From positions 1 through 20,955 of the forward strand of contig JBDREN010000117.1 of assembly GCA_043819795.1 (NCBI GenBank): a stretch of DNA of 20,955 nucleotides, written 5' to 3'. This DNA is from Elusimicrobiota bacterium. Lineage in GTDB: Bacteria; Elusimicrobiota; Elusimicrobia; UBA1565. How positions within the stretch are numbered: position 1 is the first letter of the stretch; every line of letters begins with the position of its first letter. Below are positions 8,990 to 17,221 of the stretch, piece by piece. The notes under the pieces are model-generated. The model saw nothing but the letters and a program-made list of their open reading frames with translations, had not been told where the DNA came from and made no database searches. The translations under genes were made by a program, and so were the position numbers.

Positions 8990-9745
8990 ATGGCGGAGAC
9001 GGCTCTCACATTCAAGGACCTGAGCAAGGTCTACGCCCGCTCCCATCTGGGACGCGTCACCAGGACGCGCGGCCTCGAAGGGCTCACCCTCGACATCCCA
9101 AAAGGCGAGATATTCGGGCTGCTCGGCCTCAACGGGAACGGCAAGACCACGGCTATGAAGCTGGCTCTCGGCCTCCTGCGCCCGACCGAGGGGCAAGTGC
9201 GCGTCTTCGGAAGCGAGCCCGGGACGCTCGACGCGCTCGCGCACGTCGGCTATCTGCCGGAGCTGCCCTATTTCTATCCCTACCTCTCCCCGCGCGAGGC
9301 CCTGGCCTTCTACGGACGGCTCTCGCGCGTTTCTTCGGGAGAGCTGCGCAAACGCATCCCCGCGGTCCTTCGTCAGGTGGGTCTCGAGAAAGCCGCCGAC
9401 CGCAAGGCCCGCGAGTTCTCCAAGGGGATGCTCCAGCGGCTCGGCCTCGCCCAGGCCGTCCTGCACAAGCCCCGCCTGCTCCTGCTCGACGAGCCGGTCA
9501 GCGGCCTGGACCCGCTGGCCGTGCACGACGTGCGCCTGCTGCTCAAGGAGCTTCGCGGGCAAGGGCACACGATGCTGTTGTCCTCGCACAGCATCTCGGA
9601 GGTGGAGCAGCTCTGCGACCGCGTCGGCATCCTGGTGGACCGCCGACTCGTCAAGACCGTGGAGCAGAAGGACTGGGCAGGCCCGGCGGGGACCCTGGAG
9701 CGGATATTCGTCGAGACCGTCCGGCCGCGGGAGGAGGCCGCGTGA
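8990..9745 (+). CDS. ABC transporter ATP-binding protein (PilH/XapD-like)
   Basis: Walker A GLNGNGKTT, signature FSKGMLQR, Walker B LLLLDEP, H-loop SSH. Confidence 0.93.
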   Translation: MAETALTFKDLSKVYARSHLGRVTRTRGLEGLTLDIPKGEIFGLLGLNGNGKTTAMKLALGLLRPTEGQVRVFGSEPGTLDALAHVGYLPELPYFYPYLSPREALAFYGRLSRVSSGELRKRIPAVLRQVGLEKAADRKAREFSKGMLQRLGLAQAVLHKPRLLLLDEPVSGLDPLAVHDVRLLLKELRGQGHTMLLSSHSISEVEQLCDRVGILVDRRLVKTVEQKDWAGPAGTLERIFVETVRPREEAA

Positions 9746-10509
9746 GCGCTCTCTGGACGCTCCTCGCCAACTCCTGGCGCGAGCAGCTGCGGGGACGCTT
9801 CTTCCCGGTGTCTTTGATCTTCGGGGGCGTCATCCTTTACATGAGCGCTTTGCTCGGCATCCTCGCCGCGGACCAGGAGCTGCGCGTGCTGCTGGACTTC
9901 GGGCTCTCCGCCATCGAGATCATGGTCTGCGGGGCGGTGGCCTTCACCGCGGCGACCGGGCTGCTCCAGGAGATCGAGACGAAGACGGTATACCTCATCC
10001 TGACCCGCCCCGTCTCCAAGAGCGCCTACCTGACAGGGCGATTCCTGGGAGGCGTGAGCGCGGCGGTCTCAGCCACGCTCATCATGGCCCTCATCCACCT
10101 GTCTTTGCTGTGGCTCAAGGGCTGGGCGTGGTCGGACGCCTACGCGATGGCGCTTGCCGGAGTGATCCTCAAGGCGCTGGTGACGGCCGCCGTGGCGACC
10201 TTGCTTGCCCTCATCTCGACCTCGGTGCTCTCGGCGCTGCTCATGACCGGCATCGTCTGGGTGCTCGGCCACTTCATCATGGAGATCCGGTTCCTCGTCG
10301 AGCGGGGCGCGGGCTCCGCCGCCAAGACGCTGGCCCCGCTCATCTACGTGCTCCCGAACCTGCAGATACTCAACTTCCGGGACCGGCTCCACGTCCCGGA
10401 GGCGGTCCTCCCGGGAGAGCCGCTCGTCTCCGGACTCCTGTACGCCGTTGTCTATTCGGCCGCCTGCATGGCGTTCACGCTGGCCCTCTTCCGGCGCCGG
10501 GAGTTCTGA
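9742..10509 (+). CDS. ABC-2 type permease (PilI/XapC-like)
   Basis: 255 aa from a GTG overlapping the previous stop (GTGA). About 6 hydrophobic segments, EIETKTVYLILTRPVSKSAYLTGRFLG motif, C-terminal FRRREF. Confidence 0.9.
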   Translation: MSALWTLLANSWREQLRGRFFPVSLIFGGVILYMSALLGILAADQELRVLLDFGLSAIEIMVCGAVAFTAATGLLQEIETKTVYLILTRPVSKSAYLTGRFLGGVSAAVSATLIMALIHLSLLWLKGWAWSDAYAMALAGVILKALVTAAVATLLALISTSVLSALLMTGIVWVLGHFIMEIRFLVERGAGSAAKTLAPLIYVLPNLQILNFRDRLHVPEAVLPGEPLVSGLLYAVVYSAACMAFTLALFRRREF

Positions 10510-11261
10510 TGCCGAGGGACGCCGCCCCTTCCGGCTCCCCCGCGAACGCGCTGTCCCGCCCCGCGGCCGTCACGGGCTTGTGCGCGCTGGCCGCCGCGGC
10601 CCTGCTGCTCGGCCTCAACGCCGCCACCCGCGATACGGTCCGCCTGCCCTATCCCGCCCCCTCCGAGATGCGGCTGGCCGCCGACGACGCGGTGACGAGC
10701 GCCTCGCTGCTCAGCCTCGGGATGCGGCGCCTGGCCGCCGATATCGCGTTCGTGCGGCTGCTCATCTACTACGGGACGGCCGAATACCACGGACCGGGGC
10801 ACCACCACGCGCATCATCATTGGGGCGGGCCGGAGTACGGCTGCGGGCTGTACGCGCAGATCGGGCCCCGCGCGCTGCGCATCCTGGACCTCGATCCCTT
10901 CTGGAGCTACCCGCTGCTCTACGGCGCCGGCGCCTTGGCCTTCAACCTCGAACGTCCGGACGAAGGAGTGGCCCTGCTGAAGGAGGGCTTGGCCTACCGG
11001 CCCCGAGACCCCGAATTCCTCGCCTACATGGCGGCCATCGCCTTCCACGAGAAAGGCGACATGGCCCGGGTCATCACCGAGTTGACCCCGGTCATGCGCG
11101 AGCCCGACGCCCCGACCATGCTCAAGAACATGGTCGCCTTCATGAACGAGCGCCTGGGAAGGAAAGTCGAGGCGGCACGTCTCTACCGGGAGATCCTGGA
11201 GTCCCGGGACGAGAGCTACCACGAGAGCGCGCTCCGAGCCTTGAACCGGCTCGGCGTCTAG
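10509..11261 (+). CDS. Membrane-anchored helical/TPR-like protein (PilG/XapB-like) with His-rich loop
   Basis: 250 aa, TGATG overlap with the permease. N-terminal hydrophobic segment, 'RRLAADIAFVRLLIYYG' and 'ILDLDPFW' patterns, TPR-like helices. Confidence 0.7.
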   Translation: MPRDAAPSGSPANALSRPAAVTGLCALAAAALLLGLNAATRDTVRLPYPAPSEMRLAADDAVTSASLLSLGMRRLAADIAFVRLLIYYGTAEYHGPGHHHAHHHWGGPEYGCGLYAQIGPRALRILDLDPFWSYPLLYGAGALAFNLERPDEGVALLKEGLAYRPRDPEFLAYMAAIAFHEKGDMARVITELTPVMREPDAPTMLKNMVAFMNERLGRKVEAARLYREILESRDESYHESALRALNRLGV

Positions 11262-11448
11262 AGTCGTTCGCCCTCCGGCGAATTACCCATATCGCGTCAG
11301 GGGAAACACCTAGTTCCTTGGGGCCCAGGAATAGTGGGTCCTTTTTCGTTAAAAGTGGGCCCATGCGGCCCATGCCGTACGGAGGAAGTCCGCCTACCCT
11401 TAATCAGAGACGGCACGAAACCGGAAATCGGCGCGAGGAAACCCGACC

Positions 11449-13914
11449 ATGAAGACACTGACCATTCGCTCGGCAAAACAGATCTTGGCAGCGACACTCT
11501 GCCTGGGACTGATCCTCTCAGTCCCGTCTTCTTCAGCCTTCGCGAGTCCCGCCGCCCGCGCCGTGGCGGTCAAGGCTCCGGTCGGCGTTTCCCAAGCCGG
11601 GATCGCCGGCGCCGCGATCCAGCAGGTGCTCGCCGTTCCTATCGGCGGCCTCGCCAAACCGCTATCCTCGAACCTCGGCTCCCGGCTCGCGGCCCCGCAG
11701 CTCAAGCCCGTGATCTACTCACGCCTCACCCCGCTGGCAAGACCGGCCGCGGTCACGCCCGCCCCGCTCGATAGGGACGCCGCTGTCCAGGCCCTCGAGC
11801 GCCACCCGATCATCGGGATCGTCAACGAGGTCCAGAACGCCGGAGGGGACGCATTGCTCGGCAAGCTGGGAACGGCCACAGACGCCGCCCAGGTCCGGGC
11901 CGTGGCCGAAGCCCTGCCCGCGGGCGCGGCGAGAAATAGTATCGAGGCCCTGGCCGGGGCGCTGTCGCTCCCCGAAGGCGCGGAGCGGACCTCGGCCCTG
12001 AACTCGCTCTACGAGAACACCGCGGCCTCCTACCGGACGGCGGATCTGATGCCCGCGGTCAAGGCCTCAGAGGCGGCCGGCGTGTGGGCCCGGATCGCGC
12101 GCGCCAAGTCCCGTCTGCTGCCCGCGGGCCTCAAACGCTACGCGGCCGATCGCGCCGAGCAGCGGAGAGCCAAGGCCCCCTTGATCGATACGGCCAAGCT
12201 GAAGATCCCGACGGCCCGGCTGCGCTGGGTCCCCGACGCCAAGGACCTTCCGGGGAGCACGCGGGAGATCAAAGACGGCGAGACGGCGATCGTCGGCCAG
12301 GACCGGGCTCTAAAGTCCCTGGAGTTCGGCCTCAAGTACACCGGCAAAGGCAGCGACGTGGTCGTCACGGGCCCCGATGGCTCGGGCCGCAAGACCGCCA
12401 TCAGGCAGCTGCTCAAGCGGATCGCCCCCACGATGAAGACCCCGCCGGACATCATCTCAGTCACCGATCTTAAGGAGAAGGGAGCGCCCGACATCATCGC
12501 GGTCGAGGCGGGCTCGGGCGCCAAAGTCAAGGCCGCCATGGACGCCGAGCGCTACAAGGTCGAGATATTGATCGACAACTCGGGCAAGAAGGGAGCGCCG
12601 GTGGTGTTCGAGAAGTCCCCCTCCGTCAAGAGCCTCGTGGGCGCCGCGCTGCGAGCCAACGGCGGCTTCCTGGTGGTGGACGTGATGGACCTCCTGAAGG
12701 AGCAGGGAGCCTATCAGGCCCTGATGCAGATCATCCGCGACGGCCGGATCGCGGTGGCCGCCGGGCGCGGCGAGAGCTACGCGATCCCGGTCCGGTTCAA
12801 GACCGTTCTCACGGCGGCCCCGGCGGTGAAAGCCCTGCTGGCGGAGAAGGACCCCGGATTCACAACCACCTTCGGGACGTCCGCCGAGTTCGAGAAGTCG
12901 ATAGGGATCGGCGGGGATACCGTCGCCGCCTACCTCGCCTTCATGAAACGCACGATCGCCCAGAGCGCCGGCGAGATCCTCGACATGGCGCGCGGGGCCA
13001 TCGCCGGAGCCCTGGAGTACGCCGCGCGCATAGCCGAGAGCAACCAGAAGCTCTCCGCCAGCTTCGGCCCGGTCGCGGAGCTGATGAGCGAGGCCTCGTT
13101 CTGGGCCAAGGAGTCCGGCCGCGGCGAGGTCACCCGCGAGGACGTGGACAAGGCGGTCTCCGAGCGCAGCGAGCGCAGCGGGGCGATGAGGCGCCACGTC
13201 CTGGAGTACTACAGCTCCGATATCTTCCGCGTGGACATCGAGGGCTCGCAGGTCGGCCAGATCAACGGCCTGGCCGTGATGGGCGATTTCGGGGTGCCCA
13301 CCCGGATCACCTTCGCTCCCTACGCGAAGCCGGGCAGCGATTTCGTGGTGTCCGCCGACGAACGCGCCGAGAGCGCCGGCAAGCACTTCAAGAAGTCTCT
13401 CGGGGTGATCAAGGGCTTCATCGGCAGGACGTTCGGGATCAAGCGCGCGATCCCGGTGGAGGTCTCCATCTCCTTCGAGCAGAACTACGGGGGCATCGAC
13501 GGCGACTCGGCCACGCAGACCATGATCTACGGCACGCTTTCGGCCCTGTCGGGAGTGGGGATCAAGCAGGGCATCGCGATCACGGGCTCCGCCGACCAAA
13601 GCGGGAACGTCCAGGTCATCGGCGGCGTGAACCACAAGATCGAGGGCTACTTCGACGTGGCCCGCGAGAAGCTCCGCCGCGAGGGCAAGGAGATGACCGG
13701 CGAGCAGGGAATCATCATCCCGGCCGGCAACATCCGCGACCTGACGCTGCGCCCGGACATCGTGCAGGCCGTGCGCGAGGGCAAGTTCAACATCTGGGCC
13801 GTGGAGCACGTCAGCCAGGGAACGGAGATCCTGACCGGCCAGCCCTACTCCGAGGTCATCCGGAAGGCCGAAGCCTATATCGGCGACGTCCGCGCTAACG
13901 GCGCCAGCAGCTAA
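11449..13914 (+). CDS. LonC/LonB-like S16 protease with N-terminal signal peptide and Ala-rich extension
   Basis: 821 aa, RBS GAGG. Sec-like leader MKTLTIRSAKQILAATLCLGLILSVPSSSAFA. LonC-type motifs VGQDRA, GAPVVFE, RANGGFL, GQINGL and SFEQNYGGIDGDSA (Ser at 13507); Lys in GGVNHKIEG (13636), 43 residues later. Confidence 0.88.
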   Translation: MKTLTIRSAKQILAATLCLGLILSVPSSSAFASPAARAVAVKAPVGVSQAGIAGAAIQQVLAVPIGGLAKPLSSNLGSRLAAPQLKPVIYSRLTPLARPAAVTPAPLDRDAAVQALERHPIIGIVNEVQNAGGDALLGKLGTATDAAQVRAVAEALPAGAARNSIEALAGALSLPEGAERTSALNSLYENTAASYRTADLMPAVKASEAAGVWARIARAKSRLLPAGLKRYAADRAEQRRAKAPLIDTAKLKIPTARLRWVPDAKDLPGSTREIKDGETAIVGQDRALKSLEFGLKYTGKGSDVVVTGPDGSGRKTAIRQLLKRIAPTMKTPPDIISVTDLKEKGAPDIIAVEAGSGAKVKAAMDAERYKVEILIDNSGKKGAPVVFEKSPSVKSLVGAALRANGGFLVVDVMDLLKEQGAYQALMQIIRDGRIAVAAGRGESYAIPVRFKTVLTAAPAVKALLAEKDPGFTTTFGTSAEFEKSIGIGGDTVAAYLAFMKRTIAQSAGEILDMARGAIAGALEYAARIAESNQKLSASFGPVAELMSEASFWAKESGRGEVTREDVDKAVSERSERSGAMRRHVLEYYSSDIFRVDIEGSQVGQINGLAVMGDFGVPTRITFAPYAKPGSDFVVSADERAESAGKHFKKSLGVIKGFIGRTFGIKRAIPVEVSISFEQNYGGIDGDSATQTMIYGTLSALSGVGIKQGIAITGSADQSGNVQVIGGVNHKIEGYFDVAREKLRREGKEMTGEQGIIIPAGNIRDLTLRPDIVQAVREGKFNIWAVEHVSQGTEILTGQPYSEVIRKAEAYIGDVRANGASS

Positions 13915-13936
13915 GAGCTTCCTGATTAGATTCCCC

Positions 13937-13963
13937 GGCCCCGCGCCCCCAAGGCGCGGGGCC
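13937..13963. terminator. Hairpin between convergent genes (probable bidirectional terminator)
   Basis: GGCCCCGCGCC-cccaa-GGCGCGGGGCC forms a perfect 11-bp stem; U-tract is weak. Confidence 0.65.
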
Positions 13964-13970
13964 TTCCGCT

Positions 13971-14849
13971 TCAAGCCGGGCTGAACGCCAGGCGGCGCCG
14001 CAGCGCGGGGCTCAGGCCCAGGATCCCTCCCAGGACCAACAGGCAGCCGAGCCAGGTCCAGGGGTCGGGGATCTCACCCCAGAAGAGCCACCCCCCCGCG
14101 ATGTTGACGACGATGATGAAGAGCACGCCGATGCCCGCGCGCGAGACCGGAGCGCGGCCGAGACCGACCGTAAGCAGCGCCTGGCCGGCCGTCGCGGCGA
14201 CGCCGACGCCCCCCATCATGCCCCACTGGGCGGCGGTGGGCCGGTAGCCGGAAATCAGCACCCACGGCAGGAACACCGCCGTGCCGACGAGGGAGAAGTA
14301 GAAAACGATCCTTAGGGCGGGCTCGTCGCGGGTCAGGGACTTGATGGTGGCGATAGCGACGGAAGCGAGGAGCCCGGAGGCCAGGGCGGCCGCGTAAGGC
14401 GCCGCGCCCGAAGTCGACGAAAACGCCGCGAAGGAAATCTCGGAGCGCAGCGTCAGACAGACCCCCCCGAAGGCCACCGCGATGCAGAGCACCGCCAGGC
14501 GGTCCAGGCGCTCGCCCAGGAAAAGGACGCCCCACAGGGCCGCGTAGAGGGGCGAGACGTGGCTTATGAGCATCGCGTTCGCGATCGGCATGCGGGGCAG
14601 GGCCCAGAAGAGGCATACCATAGCGGACACGCCCCATATCCCGCGCAAAAAAAGCCGCACCCAATGGGGGCTCCGGAAGCCGACGCCCAGGCGACGCATG
14701 AGCATCGCCACGGTCCCCAGGGCCACGGCGCAGCGCAAAAAGGCCACCCAGACGACGGGAACTTCGGGGCCGACGGCCTTGACGAGCATCGTGGCCGCGC
14801 TGAACCACAACGAGGCGAACAGCACGAGGAGGACTCCGTCGCGCGGCAT
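13971..14849 (-). CDS. DMT/EamA family transporter
   Basis: 292 aa from MPRDGVLLVLFAS. About 10 TM segments in two EamA repeats (FLGERL; LFWGEIPDPWTWLG). The ORF-track start at 14984 runs through the tRNA and is an over-extension. Confidence 0.92.
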   Translation of the reverse strand: MPRDGVLLVLFASLWFSAATMLVKAVGPEVPVVWVAFLRCAVALGTVAMLMRRLGVGFRSPHWVRLFLRGIWGVSAMVCLFWALPRMPIANAMLISHVSPLYAALWGVLFLGERLDRLAVLCIAVAFGGVCLTLRSEISFAAFSSTSGAAPYAAALASGLLASVAIATIKSLTRDEPALRIVFYFSLVGTAVFLPWVLISGYRPTAAQWGMMGGVGVAATAGQALLTVGLGRAPVSRAGIGVLFIIVVNIAGGWLFWGEIPDPWTWLGCLLVLGGILGLSPALRRRLAFSPA

Positions 14850-14855
14850 CCGCCT

Positions 14856-14870
14856 ATTATATGGTAAAAT
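14856..14870. promoter_or_regulatory. Back-to-back -10 elements: TATAAT (- strand, DMT gene) and TGGTAAAAT (+ strand, tRNA-Asn)
   Basis: Sequence attata-tggtaaaat. The minus-strand TATAAT lies 6 nt before the DMT ATG. Confidence 0.6.
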
Positions 14871-14908
14871 GCCCGTCGGACGCACGCACGGACGCGGCCG
14901 AAAAGCAT

Positions 14909-14983
14909 TCCGGCGTAGCTCAATGGTAGAGCATCCGGCTGTTAACCGGAGGGTTGCTGGTTCGAGTCCAGCCGCCGGAGCCA
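14909..14983 (+). tRNA. tRNA-Asn (anticodon GTT) with encoded CCA
   Basis: Acceptor TCCGGCG/CGCCGGA, D-arm GCTC..GAGC, anticodon stem TCCGG/CCGGA with GTT at 14941-14943, T-arm GCTGG-TTCGAGT-CCAGC, then G-CCA. Confidence 0.97.
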
Positions 14984-16612
14984 CCTTGTACCTAGCGGGT
15001 AACCATGCCCTTGGGCCGCTAGAAGTTCGGTGGGAACCTTACAGAGGGGTTTCTCGTCGAGAACCGGGGTCCTTTTGGACCCCGGTTTTTGCTTGGGTAA
15101 GGCTGTTAACGGAAGGGTAAAAACGACTTTTGCCTCGACCTTGCTGCTCACCGTGATTTCCCTTACAAGGCACTGCATCAGCAGCCGTTTCCGGCTTGCT
15201 CTCCAACTTTCAAACCGATCCAGAGCCTTCAGCAAGGTCCCCGAGATCTGCTCGGCCTTGGCGTCCTTTCCGGCCAGGTCCTGCAGCCGGGAATCGAGGC
15301 TTTTCAGCTTTCCCCGCAACGCCTTGGCCCTGCCGATCGACTCCTCGATCTCCCGACTCACTTCCTCCGAGACTTCCTTGCTGGGGAGGTTCTCGACCAT
15401 CCACCGGACCTTATCGGCCTTCGAGCGCTCGGCGGCCTCCAACTGCTTCTGAAGGACGTTGCGCTCGCCGGCCAGCCGCTTGGCCGCGCCACGGCCTTCC
15501 TCGCGGTGCTTGCGAAGATACTGCTCGATCACCTCGGGGTGCTGGGCGATCTCCCGAATCTCGCGGGACACGGCCGCTTCAAGGGGCCGGGCCGGGACGT
15601 ACTCCATGTCGCAGCCGCCCTCGCTCCTCCGTGACGCGCAGGCGTAGTAATACTTCCCTTTCCCCTTGCCGGTCGTCATCTTGCGCCCGCAACGCCCGCA
15701 TTTGACCAAGCCGGTCAGGATATTCGGGCTGTGGAGCGCTTCGCCGGATATTGCCGTCCTCGACTTGAGGATTTCCTGTACTCGCTGAAAAAGGTCCTCG
15801 CTGATAAGGGCCTCGTGCCGGGCCTTGACCGGCTTCCCGTCCAAGATCATGAACCCGGCGTAGACGGGATTGGTCAGCATCTGCCAGACCGTGGTGTTAT
15901 GCCAACCCTTCTTCCAGCGGCGGGAGGTCTTATCCTCTCCCCGCAGGGTCTTGGCGATCAGCTTGACCCCCAGGTTCTCCTCGGTCAGAAGCCGGAAGAC
16001 GCGCCGGACAAAGGGCGCTTCTTCAGGCCTAACCTCAAGCACACCTTCCTTTGAGACCCGGTAGCCGAAGGGCGGAAGGCCGTTCCATTTCCCCTCTTTC
16101 AAGCGGCGATGAAGCCCCATGCGTGTTCGCTCACCGATCAGCTCCCGCTCGAACTGCGCGAAGGAGCCCAGCATGTTGAACAGGAGCTTGCCGGGAGGCG
16201 TCGTTGTATCGAAGGGCTCGGTGATGGACCGGATGCCGACGCCGATCCGCTCGAACATTTCTCCCAGCGGGACGAGATCGCTCAGTTTACGGGAAAATCG
16301 GTCGAGCTTGAAGACCAGAACGAGGTCAAACTTCTTTTTCCTGGCGTCCTCCAAAAGGCGCTGCATAGCCGGGCGCTTGAGGTCCTTCCCCGAGTAGCCG
16401 TCGTCCACATAGGGCGGCAGGCAATCCCATTTATGAAACTTCGCCGTGGCCTCCAGCTTCTCGATCTGGGCGGCGATGGAGTAGCCCGACTTCGCCTGTT
16501 CCTCGGTGGAAACCCGGACATAGGCCGCCGCGCGGAGGGGCCGCTTGTCCTCGGATTCGCTCTGGAGACGCTTGCGAAAGGATATCGGGGAACGGCGTTT
16601 ACGGGGGGCCAT
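14942..16612 (-). CDS. Large serine recombinase (integrase)
   Basis: 556 aa. Catalytic YVRVSTEEQ, DDGYSGKDLKRP, FKLDRFSR, FAQFERELIGER; recombinase domain (LTNPVYAG); Zn ribbon CGRCG...YYAC...C; coiled coil. Stop codon lies inside tRNA-Asn. Confidence 0.95.
   Translation of the reverse strand: MAPRKRRSPISFRKRLQSESEDKRPLRAAAYVRVSTEEQAKSGYSIAAQIEKLEATAKFHKWDCLPPYVDDGYSGKDLKRPAMQRLLEDARKKKFDLVLVFKLDRFSRKLSDLVPLGEMFERIGVGIRSITEPFDTTTPPGKLLFNMLGSFAQFERELIGERTRMGLHRRLKEGKWNGLPPFGYRVSKEGVLEVRPEEAPFVRRVFRLLTEENLGVKLIAKTLRGEDKTSRRWKKGWHNTTVWQMLTNPVYAGFMILDGKPVKARHEALISEDLFQRVQEILKSRTAISGEALHSPNILTGLVKCGRCGRKMTTGKGKGKYYYACASRRSEGGCDMEYVPARPLEAAVSREIREIAQHPEVIEQYLRKHREEGRGAAKRLAGERNVLQKQLEAAERSKADKVRWMVENLPSKEVSEEVSREIEESIGRAKALRGKLKSLDSRLQDLAGKDAKAEQISGTLLKALDRFESWRASRKRLLMQCLVREITVSSKVEAKVVFTLPLTALPKQKPGSKRTPVLDEKPLCKVPTELLAAQGHGYPLGTRWLRRLDSNQQPSG
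15062..15090 (+). terminator. Rho-independent terminator downstream of tRNA-Asn
   Basis: AACCGGGGTCC-tttt-GGACCCCGGTT followed by a T run; lies inside the antisense integrase CDS. Confidence 0.75.
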
Positions 16613-16617
16613 AGGCG

Positions 16618-17217
16618 TTACCGTTTCCGTTTCTTGAGTGGAGGATAGATTGATCGCATGTTCTTTAGAAGGTCGTCGCTGGAATCCACGAACGTCTTGA
16701 AGGTGACCGCAGCGTTCGCGATCGGGAGCGGATTGGATTCAAGCAGATCTTGCGAGTCCGTCAGGCATGAAATGAAGGTCTTTGCAAAGTAATGAAGGGC
16801 CCGGCCGTCCTTCTGGCTAAAAGCGATGTCGTACTCTGCGTAGCGGCTCCTAAGAAGTTCCTCGAACGGACGCGCCTCGTCATAGTCAACCTCGGCATTT
16901 TCGACGAACCATTTGTATGCCTCGCGGTGGAGCAGGTCCATCCCTTTTGAATGGGCGGAATCGCTTGAATAATGCTTTCGAGAGAGGCGGGTCGTCAGAT
17001 GCATATAGGCCATGAGCAATTCGCGGATCAGTTCGTTCGGTTTGACTTCTGAGTCGACTAGTTCCCGGAAACCCTCGAAGTCCCGGGCGATTTCGCCCTG
17101 AATCAAATCGTTGATCCAATGGACCATGGCGGTTTCGAAGGAGCGCACTTCCGGCTCGATCCAACCGAAAGATTTGAGCCAACTTCTCAGGACCCCCAGC
17201 ACGCCCCCCTTTGCCAA
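16618..17217 (-). CDS. Hypothetical all-alpha protein
   Basis: 199 aa, TTG start (true start uncertain). Packed with 4-5 nt gaps between the HTH gene and the integrase; natural protein-like composition. Confidence 0.7.
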   Translation of the reverse strand: MAKGGVLGVLRSWLKSFGWIEPEVRSFETAMVHWINDLIQGEIARDFEGFRELVDSEVKPNELIRELLMAYMHLTTRLSRKHYSSDSAHSKGMDLLHREAYKWFVENAEVDYDEARPFEELLRSRYAEYDIAFSQKDGRALHYFAKTFISCLTDSQDLLESNPLPIANAAVTFKTFVDSSDDLLKNMRSIYPPLKKRKR

Positions 17218-17221
17218 TGGA

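Noticed and set aside
8437..9741. 690-aa ORF 8437..10509
   Set aside because: Only the part from GTG 9742 looks like a permease; the rest is a shadow frame of serA and the ATPase gene.
3824..13974. Long antisense ORFs (3824..6214, 6223..7875, 7340..9589, 12457..13974)
   Set aside because: Mirror frames of well-supported plus-strand genes, expected with strong GC3 bias; no recognisable motifs.
14850..14984. DMT transporter N-terminal extension through tRNA-Asn
   Set aside because: This is the antisense translation of the tRNA (APAAGLEPATLRLTAGCSTIELRRN). The transporter starts at ATG 14849.
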